Positions 34,949 to 43,067 of a stretch of 64,000 nucleotides of DNA are shown one piece after another. Under the pieces are notes generated by a model. That model saw nothing but the letters and a program-made list of their open reading frames with translations. It was not told the origin of the DNA and ran no database searches. Numbering within the stretch: the stretch's first letter is position 1; each line of letters begins with the position of its first letter. This stretch comes from Gemmatimonadales bacterium. GTDB lineage: Bacteria > Gemmatimonadota > Gemmatimonadetes > Gemmatimonadales > GWC2-71-9. A program made the position numbers and the translations under genes. The DNA lies in NCBI GenBank assembly GCA_041615815.1, contig JBFJCP010000007.1:72048-136047 (forward strand), read 5' to 3'.

Positions 34949-34970
34949 GCTTGTGAAAATTATCACAAGC
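34949..34970. promoter_or_regulatory. Palindromic operator, Rex-box/CRP-type, upstream of atpA
   Basis: GCTTGTGAAAATTATCACAAGC: exact TGTGA-N6-TCACA; one mismatch to TTGTGAA-N4-TTCACAA. Confidence 0.7.
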
Positions 34971-35080
34971 AGCGAAACCCGCAAGCGCGAATGAATATCG
35001 ACGATTCACTACCCAATGTCGATCACCCCGTCCGCGCGGCTGGGGACTGCCCGCTCAGCGCAGAGCGCACGCGCGACCCG

Positions 35081-35854
35081 CTACACCCGACTCCTCGTCC
35101 TCCCGAGCACAAACCGCTGCAAGACTCCTCGGGGTCCGAGGCGGGCCAGTTCTCGAGGGGTCACGCCCGCCACGCGGCGGGCACTCCCCGCGAAATGGCT
35201 CGGAGAGGAGTACCCCAAAAGATCAGACACTGTCCGCACAGTATATCCCGGGTTGCCCAAAAGATCCGATGCCAAGGCGGCCCGTGCCAAGTCAATCACC
35301 CGCTTCAGATTAGGAGCGCCACCGGCCGCAAATTCGCGAGACAGGTGCTCTCGGGTCTTCCGGAGGGTCACGGCCACGTCCCCGGTCGTCATGGGCTGTT
35401 CGGCCCGGTCCAAGACCACCGCCCACGCTTGGAGCTGCAGCGGCTCGATCAGCCGGAGCAGCCGCGGCGCATCGGCCAGCGCCTCACGGCGCTTGCGGCT
35501 CGCCAGGTGAGGACCGATGAGCCGTCCGGCGGCCGCATCGTCCACGCCCTCCACCAAGATCCCACTCAGCGGAGCCCGCCTGCACGCGGCGAGTAATGCT
35601 CCGTCGGCCGGGCGAAAGGCGCTAAAGGCGAAAAACGGAATGCGCGGAAAGGCATGGGCCATCTCGAACGTCGGCCTCGCCCATCCGGCTCGGACGTCAA
35701 CGACCACCCCGTCCACCAATTGGCTCCCCAGCAGCGAGGCTACGCGGTCCACCGATGTACACGAGACCACCCGTATGCCCTGTCGGCGGGGTAACCCGCG
35801 CCTCAGCTGCGCCCGCAGGTCCCGGTTGTGGTGCACCACCGGCACGAGGGTCAT
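35081..35854 (-). CDS. AraC-type HTH regulator with receiver-like N-terminus
   Basis: VDGVVVDV receiver-like strand; REHLSREF and VSDLLGYSSPSHF...GVTP AraC HTH. Confidence 0.75.
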   Translation of the reverse strand: MTLVPVVHHNRDLRAQLRRGLPRRQGIRVVSCTSVDRVASLLGSQLVDGVVVDVRAGWARPTFEMAHAFPRIPFFAFSAFRPADGALLAACRRAPLSGILVEGVDDAAAGRLIGPHLASRKRREALADAPRLLRLIEPLQLQAWAVVLDRAEQPMTTGDVAVTLRKTREHLSREFAAGGAPNLKRVIDLARAALASDLLGNPGYTVRTVSDLLGYSSPSHFAGSARRVAGVTPRELARLGPRGVLQRFVLGRTRSRV

Positions 35855-36318
35855 CGCATTGTTTCCGAGCTTCGCCCCATCACCCCGCGTGAGACTTCTC
35901 GATTGGCTTTGATGAGAATCTCTTTGGCGTTGTCGTACGTGATGATCTCGATCGCCCGCTCCAATGGGTACCACGCGCACGCCACGATCCCTTCAACCTC
36001 CTCTGGTACCGGCTCGCCGGCGAGACACTCGAAGAGGTAGAAGTGACAGAACTTGTGGACGATCACGTCCTCGGTCGCGAAGTGCCAGTCGATCGTGCCC
36101 AACGGGGCAAGGAGACGGAGCTCGGTGAGTCCCGTCTCCTCGCCGATCTCCCGTCGCGCCGCCTGAGACCCCGATTCCCGTTTGGTCAGGTGTCCCTTGG
36201 GAAAGCCCCAATTGCCGTGGGCATCCAGGATGAGCAGATACTCCGGCACGCCTGCATTGCGCCGGAACACGACCCCGCCGGCGCTCGTCTCGAGCCGAGC
36301 GCGGGTTGGACCTGACAT
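35851..36318 (-). CDS. NUDIX hydrolase
   Basis: SAGGVV; WGFPKGH...AARREIGEETGL Nudix box. Confidence 0.9.
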   Translation of the reverse strand: MSGPTRARLETSAGGVVFRRNAGVPEYLLILDAHGNWGFPKGHLTKRESGSQAARREIGEETGLTELRLLAPLGTIDWHFATEDVIVHKFCHFYLFECLAGEPVPEEVEGIVACAWYPLERAIEIITYDNAKEILIKANREVSRGVMGRSSETMR

Positions 36319-36427
36319 TAGCGACCGGTGGGCGGAGCGACGAAAGCCAAAGTGGCGCTGTTACCACGACCATCCGGAAGCGGCACAGGCGGCAGGGACG
36401 GCAGAGCGTGCATCCGCGTCGTGACGA

Positions 36428-37447
36428 CTAGAATACCGAAAACTTGAAGTACTTCCTCGGGTTGGCTTTGATGTCCGCGAGGAGGAGCCGGAGCTCCACG
36501 ACGGCGAGGGTCGCCTCTTGGTACAGCGCGGAATCGCCGAGTAGCAGGCCCGCGGTCCCGCCCCGGTCCTGAAGACGGGTCACGAGCGTGTCGGCTCCCT
36601 GGAGGAGCCGCACGAGGGTCGCCTGATTCGCCCCTACGGCGCCGAGGATTTGGTTGAGCTCGTCGGCTGCACCCCGGATCTCCTGTGAGGCGGCCGCCAT
36701 GTTGTCGAGGATGACCTCGAGCTCGCCTTCTTGGGTGGCCGTATCGACCCGCGCAAACGAACTGCGGATCAGCGCTGCCGCCGCCTCGAAATCCTGCGAT
36801 CCCGATTCCAGGTTCGAGCCCACGTTCCCCATGATGTTGGTCTGCGTCTCCATGAAGGCGCTGATCCGGTCGGCGATCCGGCCAAAGTCGCGGATCGACT
36901 CCTGGAGCTCGGTCACGGCCGCGGAATCGAAGGCCGTTTGGATTCTGGAAGAGACGGTGGCGATGTCGCTCGCAATGCGTCCGGCCTGCGCGGTGAGCTG
37001 CCCAATGTCCGGGAGGGTAGCACCGGGCCACGTGGTCTCGACATCGATCGTGGCACCGACGAGCTCGATCTCCGCCAGGACGTTGGGATCGTCTGAGGGC
37101 GGCGCATCTCGGCTGATGATCTCCGCCTGCCACTCACCAAAGAAGGACGCTGAGGCAGCGATGATCGCCGGGCGATCCGGAAGTGTCACTCCTTCGTACA
37201 CCTGGAGGTCGGCCTCCACCATGTCGTTCTCGGCCAGGCGAATCCGCTCCACCCGGCCAACCCGCACGCCGCGGAGCACGACTGGATTGCCCACCCCCAA
37301 GCCCCCCACCGATCGGAACCGCGACGCGTACGTCGCGCTCCGCGCACCAAACACGTCCTTCTCCGCAAGCCAGAGCGCGCCCGCGACGAGGAGGGCGGCC
37401 GCGATCAGGATCGTGATGCCAACGATCACCTCGTCGCGACGCTTCAC
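36428..37447 (-). CDS. mlaD: MlaD/MCE-family substrate-binding protein
   Basis: N-terminal TM, GGLGVGNPVVLRGVRVGRV, helical tail ending DIKANPRKY. Confidence 0.88.
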   Translation of the reverse strand: MKRRDEVIVGITILIAAALLVAGALWLAEKDVFGARSATYASRFRSVGGLGVGNPVVLRGVRVGRVERIRLAENDMVEADLQVYEGVTLPDRPAIIAASASFFGEWQAEIISRDAPPSDDPNVLAEIELVGATIDVETTWPGATLPDIGQLTAQAGRIASDIATVSSRIQTAFDSAAVTELQESIRDFGRIADRISAFMETQTNIMGNVGSNLESGSQDFEAAAALIRSSFARVDTATQEGELEVILDNMAAASQEIRGAADELNQILGAVGANQATLVRLLQGADTLVTRLQDRGGTAGLLLGDSALYQEATLAVVELRLLLADIKANPRKYFKFSVF

Positions 37448-38211
37448 GTGCGAGCTCCCATGCTCAACCGATCCACCTCCGCGTTGGCTTCTGGGCGACC
37501 CTCGATGAACTGGCGCACGATCGGGTCGTGGCTCCGGCGGATCTGATCAACCGTCCCAACCTGACGGATGGCACCGTGGTAGAGCATGGCGATGCGGTCG
37601 CCAACCCGATAAGCGCTCCGCATGTTGTGCGTCACCACCATGCTCGTGACCCCCAGTCGCTCGCGGGTGCGGACCATCAGCTCGTTGATCACCGATGACG
37701 TCACCGGATCCAGACCCGTCGTGGGTTCATCGTAGAGAATGTATCGCGGCTTGAGCGCGATAGCCCGCGCAATCCCCACCCGTTTACGCATCCCGCCGGA
37801 CAGCTCAGAGGGAAAACGCTCCTCGGTGCCCTCGAGGTCCACCAGGGCCAATGATTCGCGCACCCGGTCCTCGATCTCCTGCGAACGAAGCCCCCGCCGC
37901 CGCAACCCGAGGGCAATATTGTCTCGGACGGACATCGAGTCGAACAACGCGGCGAACTGAAAGACGAATCCGATGGTAGCCCTCAGCGCCATGAGTGCCT
38001 TGCGGTCCAGCTGGTGTACGACCTGCCCGTCCACTTCCACTTCCCCTGCATCGGGCTCCAGCAACCCCACAATGTGCTTGAGCACGACGCTCTTGCCCGT
38101 CCCCGAGCCGCCAATGAGCACCATGGTCTCGCCCTCCTGAACGTCGAGCGAGAAGCCCTCGAGCACCTTCTTCGGGCCAAAGCTCTTGTACACGTCTCGG
38201 AAGACGATCAT
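37444..38211 (-). CDS. mlaF: MlaF-type ABC ATPase
   Basis: GGSGTGKS, FQFAALFDSM, LSGGMRKRV, YDEPTTGLDP. Confidence 0.9.
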   Translation of the reverse strand: MIVFRDVYKSFGPKKVLEGFSLDVQEGETMVLIGGSGTGKSVVLKHIVGLLEPDAGEVEVDGQVVHQLDRKALMALRATIGFVFQFAALFDSMSVRDNIALGLRRRGLRSQEIEDRVRESLALVDLEGTEERFPSELSGGMRKRVGIARAIALKPRYILYDEPTTGLDPVTSSVINELMVRTRERLGVTSMVVTHNMRSAYRVGDRIAMLYHGAIRQVGTVDQIRRSHDPIVRQFIEGRPEANAEVDRLSMGART

Positions 38212-38305
38212 GGTGGCGCGTGACTCCCATCCCGCTCCTCCCGCCACCGCAAACAGGCGGGATCGGCCGGCTGGGCGGCATGGACACGGACCCAGGGATG
38301 CACCC

Positions 38306-39088
38306 TCACAACAGCACCACCGCCCAAAACGCGTCCAGCACCAGGATCATGGCGGCGCCGATCACCACGGCCTCCGTCGTATTGCGGCCCACGCCCTCGG
38401 CGCCGCCGCGCGTCGCCAACCCCTTGATGCATCCAATGAGGCCCACGGCCATACCAAACGAGAGGGACTTGACCAGCCCATACCAAAGGTCCTTGTGCCG
38501 ATAAAAAATCCTCAGGCCCTTGACGAACTCGGCAGAGGCGAGATCGATGACCGTGATCGCCGTGATCCATCCCGCCACGAGCGCGACCACCATGGCCAGC
38601 GCGACGACCACCGGAAACATGATGGTGGCGGCAAGCACCCGTGGCACCACTAGATAGGAATACGGATCGTAGGCCAGGGTCTCGAGGGCGTCGACCTGTT
38701 CGGTGACCCGCATGGTGCCCAACTCGGCCGCGATGTTGGCGCCCACGCGGCCAGCCAGCGCCAGACCGGTGAGTACCGGCGCCAACTCCATCAAGACGGT
38801 CTTTTCGACCAGCGTCCCCACAAAATACCGTGGGGTCGCGCCGGCCAAACTGTAGGCGGCTTGGAGGGAAAGCACGACGCCGGTGAAAACGGCGATGATG
38901 AGCGCCAGGGGCAGGGATTGAACCCCGATCCGCCGCATCTGGACCCCAGCCAGCCCGGCCCAGGAGCGCACCTCCCGCAGTCCGCGAGCCACATCGGCGA
39001 CGAACTGCCCCACCCGGCCAATCGCGGAGATCCAGCCGGCCACGCGGAGGCTCAGATATTCGTACACGGCGCGAATGTACGGTGGCAC
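38306..39088 (-). CDS. mlaE: MlaE-type ABC permease
   Basis: ELAPVL...AGRVGANIAAELGTMRVTEQVDAL, GGAEGVG; start uncertain. Confidence 0.9.
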   Translation of the reverse strand: MPPYIRAVYEYLSLRVAGWISAIGRVGQFVADVARGLREVRSWAGLAGVQMRRIGVQSLPLALIIAVFTGVVLSLQAAYSLAGATPRYFVGTLVEKTVLMELAPVLTGLALAGRVGANIAAELGTMRVTEQVDALETLAYDPYSYLVVPRVLAATIMFPVVVALAMVVALVAGWITAITVIDLASAEFVKGLRIFYRHKDLWYGLVKSLSFGMAVGLIGCIKGLATRGGAEGVGRNTTEAVVIGAAMILVLDAFWAVVLL

Positions 39089-39094
39089 AACGCA

Positions 39095-39123
39095 AGAGGC
39101 CAGGGCAAATGACCCCGGCCTCT
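39095..39123 (-). terminator. Hairpin after the sigma factor gene
   Basis: AGAGGCCGGGG-TCATTTG-CCCTGGCCTCT on the minus strand. Confidence 0.45.
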
Positions 39124-39154
39124 AACTCGTTACTTCGTTTTGTGTTGAGCTGCC

Positions 39155-40105
39155 TTAGGCGGCGAAGCTCGCCAGGGCCTTGCCCACCTGCCCCTCGCGG
39201 AGCCGCTTGAGGGCTCGGTCCCTGAGCTGACGGACCCGCTCGCGGGTAACGCCCAGCATACCGCCAATCTCCTCGAGCGTGTGCTCGCGGCCACCGTCCA
39301 ACCCGAAGTAGAGCCGGAGCACCTTGGCGTCGCGGGCGGGGAGCGTTTTCAGCGCCTCCTCGACCTCGTCGCTCAAAAACCGCTCCATGGTGGCCTCTTC
39401 GGTATCCGGCAGGTCCTCGGCGATGAACCGCTCGATGAGCGCCCGATCGCCCTCGGGATCGAGGGGTGCATCCAGCCGCACCTCACCCGTGTTGAGCGCT
39501 GCCAGCGACTGCACGACCTCCAGCGACAGACCGGTGGCCTGGCCGATCTCCTCGGGGGTGGGTTCGCGCCGCAGTTCTTGCCTCAAGGCTTCGGCGGTCT
39601 TCACGATCTTCGAGAGATCGGCCGTCCGATTGAGCGGTACACGAACCGTTCGCCCCTGCCGCGCGAGGGAGGCCAGAATGGCCTGGCGAATCCACCACAC
39701 GGCGTACGAGATGAACTTGACGCCCTGGTCGGGATCGAACTTCCGGGCCGCCGTGAGCAGCCCCACGTTCCCTTCGCCGATCAGGTCGGTGAGCGGCAGG
39801 CCGCGGTTCTGATACTTCTTGGCCACGGAGATCACGAATCGGAGGTTCCGCTTCGCGAGCTCCTGCATCGCCTCCGTGTCACCCGCCCGGACCTTCTTCG
39901 CGAGGGCAATCTCCTCGGCGGGGGTGAGCAGAGGCGTCTTGCTCACCTCATAGAGGTACTGGTCGAGGAGATCACGATCGTCCTCGTTGACCGCAATGGG
40001 GGGAGCCGGACGGCGACGGCGCTTCTTTCGCCGGTCGGATTGGGTCATTGGCTTCCTGTCTAAGTTTGTACGTCGCGACGTTGGGCGACGGGGAGTTGAC
40101 TTCAT
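39155..40105 (-). CDS. RNA polymerase sigma-70 factor, RpoD/SigA family, no region 1.1
   Basis: NLRFVISVAKKY, DLIGEGNVGL, KFISYAVWWIRQ, TLEEIG..GVTRERVRQ; start may be 40048. Confidence 0.93.
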   Translation of the reverse strand: MKSTPRRPTSRRTNLDRKPMTQSDRRKKRRRRPAPPIAVNEDDRDLLDQYLYEVSKTPLLTPAEEIALAKKVRAGDTEAMQELAKRNLRFVISVAKKYQNRGLPLTDLIGEGNVGLLTAARKFDPDQGVKFISYAVWWIRQAILASLARQGRTVRVPLNRTADLSKIVKTAEALRQELRREPTPEEIGQATGLSLEVVQSLAALNTGEVRLDAPLDPEGDRALIERFIAEDLPDTEEATMERFLSDEVEEALKTLPARDAKVLRLYFGLDGGREHTLEEIGGMLGVTRERVRQLRDRALKRLREGQVGKALASFAA

Positions 40106-40160
40106 TACCTCTCCTATACCCCCTGGGCCGGCCAGAAGTTCTGGACGGCTCCGGAGCCGC

Positions 40161-40189
40161 TTGACACTATTTGGGCCCTCGGGTAGGTT
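40161..40189 (+). promoter_or_regulatory. Sigma-70 promoter of the tRNA cluster
   Basis: TTGACA-N17-TAGGTT about 45 bp before tRNA-Ala. Confidence 0.7.
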
Positions 40190-40232
40190 CCCGTGTTCCA
40201 GCGGTGCGGCTCCCTTGGGCGCCTAATATAAT

Positions 40233-40305
40233 GGGGGCGTAGCTCAGTTGGGAGAGCGCGTGAATGGCATTCACGAGGTCAGGGGTTCGATTCCCCTCGC
40301 CTCCA
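40233..40305 (+). tRNA. tRNA-Ala(GGC)
   Basis: Cloverleaf; anticodon arm CGTGA-ATGGCAT-TCACG; GGTTCGATT T-loop. Confidence 0.95.
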
Positions 40306-40420
40306 TCGGGGAAGCACGGGGCGGCAGCGGGCTGCAAGACCAGCTAATTCATTGCAAAGAATAGACTTAGGCGCAAATGGGGCGGACGGGTAGGTCTTGG
40401 GCCGGTGCCGCGGCTCACTT

Positions 40421-40493
40421 GCGGGAATAGCTCAGCTGGTAGAGCACAACCTTGCCAAGGTTGGGGTCGCGGGTTCGAGTCCCGTTTCCCGCT
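40421..40493 (+). tRNA. tRNA-Gly(GCC)
   Basis: GCGGGAATAGCTCAG...CAACC-TTGCCAA-GGTTG...TTCCCGCT. Confidence 0.96.
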
Positions 40494-40594
40494 CTGCTGG
40501 GACGAAAGGACGGAACGACGGACAGACGGAGGGGAGCGGGTGGAGCGGTACCCTTCCGGCCCTCTCACCGACCGACTTCCCAACCAACAAACGG

Positions 40595-40668
40595 CGCGGG
40601 GTGGAGCAGTCTGGTAGCTCGCCGGGCTCATAACCCGGAGGTCGTGGGTTCAAATCCCACCCCCGCTA
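40595..40668 (+). tRNA. tRNA-fMet(CAT), initiator
   Basis: C1:U72 mismatch; three G-C pairs in the anticodon stem CCGGG-CTCATAA-CCCGG. Confidence 0.94.
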
Positions 40669-40754
40669 CTCGCGGCGGAACGATGGAAGACGGAACGACG
40701 GAATCAGCGAGCCCAGCCGCCGTTTCGTGTCTATCGTTCCGCCGTTTGTTTGCG

Positions 40755-40828
<74 letters not shown>

Positions 40829-40898
40829 TGTGGTGGGGGCCTAGGATTGGGGCTCACGGGTCGGAGACGGCCGCACCAACTCCACTCGCACCCACACC

Positions 40899-40972
40899 GC
40901 GCCCATAGCTCAACTGGATAGAGCGTCTGGCTACGGACCAGAAGGCTGGGGGTTCGAATCCTCCTGGGCGCA
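40899..40972 (+). tRNA. tRNA-Arg(ACG)
   Basis: Anticodon arm TCTGG-CTACGGA-CCAGA. Confidence 0.95.
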
Positions 40973-41034
40973 TGACGGCGGTCGGCTGGAATACGAGAAG
41001 GTGACGCCGGTTACGTCTGACCGACCACCCGTAT

Positions 41035-41108
41035 CGGGGCGTGGCGCAGCCCGGTAGCGCGCCTGCTTCGGGAGCAGGAGGTCGCCGGTTCAAATCCGGC
41101 CGCCCCGA
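41035..41108 (+). tRNA. tRNA-Pro(CGG)
   Basis: Anticodon arm CCTGC-TTCGGGA-GCAGG. Confidence 0.95.
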
Positions 41109-41213
41109 CTGCGAACAGGTCAGAAGGGGGGAAGGTCAGGAGGTCGGGAGGTTGGACGGACCGTACGCCTTCGCCTCCCCTCTTTCCAGCCTTCCGTTCT
41201 AACCACCGTTTTC

Positions 41214-41287
<74 letters not shown>

Positions 41288-41604
41288 TACCGCTTCCGTT
41301 CGCAACACGACGGCACGATCCGGAGCAGGCGCTCGTTTCTTGTCCGTGGTTCTGCGCTCAACTCCTCCGCTCCCCAACGATTCCCTGGCTCCCTCATCTG
41401 ATGCGCCGTTACCCTAACGTGACCGGGCTCACGCCCCAGCCGTGGGCCACTCCACCGTTTGGTTGTGTTCCTCCTAACGCACAAAACCACAAACACTTAG
41501 AGCATGGACACTTGATCGCAGCATGATCGATGTGGGTCATCTTTGATGGCAACAATACCACAACGCTGACCATCGACCGATCATCGCCAATCATGCGAGG
41601 CACT

Positions 41605-42213
41605 ATGCGACCGACCATTCTGCTTTCTGCCGCGGCGGGACTCGGGCTGCTCTTGAGTCCACCGGCGCAGGCCCAGGTTGCCTACACGGAGCCCGTAGGC
41701 AATACCGGTATCTACATCAACGGCACGCCGTTCTCCGAGGCGGACATCCGTGCACTGCAGACCCGGCTGGGCATCCCGCATGGAGCCCCGGTCCCGCCCG
41801 GTCGGTACTGGTACGACGACGTGTCGGGCCTGTGGGGACAAGAGGGAGGTCCGGCCGCCGGCCAGCTGCTGCCCGGACTCGGGCTTGGCGGGCGGCTCGC
41901 CACCGATGCGTCGGGAGGGTACACGCCGTTTTACATCAACGGCCGCTCTCTCCATCCCATGGAGGTGCAGTATCTCCGTCAGCTGTTCGGCTACGTGATC
42001 CCCGGTCGGTACTGGCTGGATTGGCAGGGGAACCTCGGCGCCGAGGGCGGTCCGCTACTCGTCAACCTGGTGGCCGTGGCCCGGTCCGCCCAAGGGGGTG
42101 CCGCTGGAGCGTACGGCGGCTACACCAGGCGGACGCCGTTTGGCGGCCTCGGCGGCGACGGTAATTGCAGCTATTACCTGCATCCCGACGGACCCAGCGT
42201 CATGAACTGCTGA
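41605..42213 (+). CDS. Secreted protein with duplicated YING...PGRYW.D..G..G.EGGP repeat (XLG/EDR4-like)
   Basis: Signal peptide ending AQA; two internal repeats; start 41593 or 41605. Confidence 0.75.
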   Translation: MRPTILLSAAAGLGLLLSPPAQAQVAYTEPVGNTGIYINGTPFSEADIRALQTRLGIPHGAPVPPGRYWYDDVSGLWGQEGGPAAGQLLPGLGLGGRLATDASGGYTPFYINGRSLHPMEVQYLRQLFGYVIPGRYWLDWQGNLGAEGGPLLVNLVAVARSAQGGAAGAYGGYTRRTPFGGLGGDGNCSYYLHPDGPSVMNC

Positions 42214-42233
42214 GGCGTCCCAGCCACCGTTCG

Positions 42234-42271
42234 CCCCAACAGTCCCCGGTGGAAACCGGGGACTGTTGGGG
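42234..42271. terminator. Perfect 17-bp hairpin with GGAA tetraloop
   Basis: CCCCAACAGTCCCCGGT-GGAA-ACCGGGGACTGTTGGGG just downstream of the CDS; no U-tract. Confidence 0.55.
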
Positions 42272-42364
42272 ATTCCTGATGATCGGTGAGCAGCGGCGCG
42301 TGGTGACCTCGGTCTCTCACGGTGGGTATTGGAGGGTGGACAGTCTCCTTCTGAGAGGCCGAAC

Positions 42365-42820
42365 ATGGTGCGTTGGATCTCGGTCCCGTGGATCGTCAGT
42401 GTCGTCGCGTGCACGACCGCGGCGTGCACCTCAGGTCCGCTGGACGTGGATATCGTCGCCGCGGACCTGGTGGGTGATGTGGTCATCGGTCCGAGCCAGC
42501 AGGCCGTGCTCGAGGTGACGGCCGCAAACCGCACCAACCAGCGGGTAGTGTGGGGGATGGGGAGCTCTTCCTGCCAGCTCGGGCTGGTCGTGTTGGTCGC
42601 CGGTCGGGAGCGCAACGTCGACTTCAGGGCATGCACCGACGACCTCGTGGAGCACGCGCTCGATCCCGGACAAGCGCGCACGGAATCCTTCACGTGGGAC
42701 GGTCAAATCGCATCGGACGGGGTGCTGTCCCTGCTGCCGCCCGGACGATACCGTGTGTTTGGGATTGCTGGCGATCGGGGGGCGAGCGCGCCGCTCGAGG
42801 TCACGATCGTCGACGGTTAG
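42365..42820 (+). CDS. Small lipoprotein with Ig-like (BsuPI-like) domain
   Basis: AAC lipobox-like; LEVTAAN; LDPGQARTESFTWDG...LPPGRYRV. Confidence 0.6.
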   Translation: MVRWISVPWIVSVVACTTAACTSGPLDVDIVAADLVGDVVIGPSQQAVLEVTAANRTNQRVVWGMGSSSCQLGLVVLVAGRERNVDFRACTDDLVEHALDPGQARTESFTWDGQIASDGVLSLLPPGRYRVFGIAGDRGASAPLEVTIVDG

Positions 42821-43067
42821 CGAGCGGTATTCTCGTCGCACGTCCACGCGGTCGACGGTTACCCGGCCGGGGCTTGTCCCGCTTCCTCTCGATAGATCGT
42901 CGCGTGCTCGGGACAGGCCCAGAGATCGTCGTCGATCTGCTCGGTGGCCGGCTTGCCACATCGGATCCGCGGATCGGCAACATCACTTCCGGCGGGCTCT
43001 CGCTGGTAGCCCACGACGTACGGGCAACTGCGCGCCGCCATGTGCGGCGGCATCTCGCCAGATCGCC

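Noticed and set aside
41505..41520. TGGACACTTGATCGCA as a fifth sigma-54 promoter
   Set aside because: Spacing is right but the -24 and -12 flanks match poorly; could be chance.
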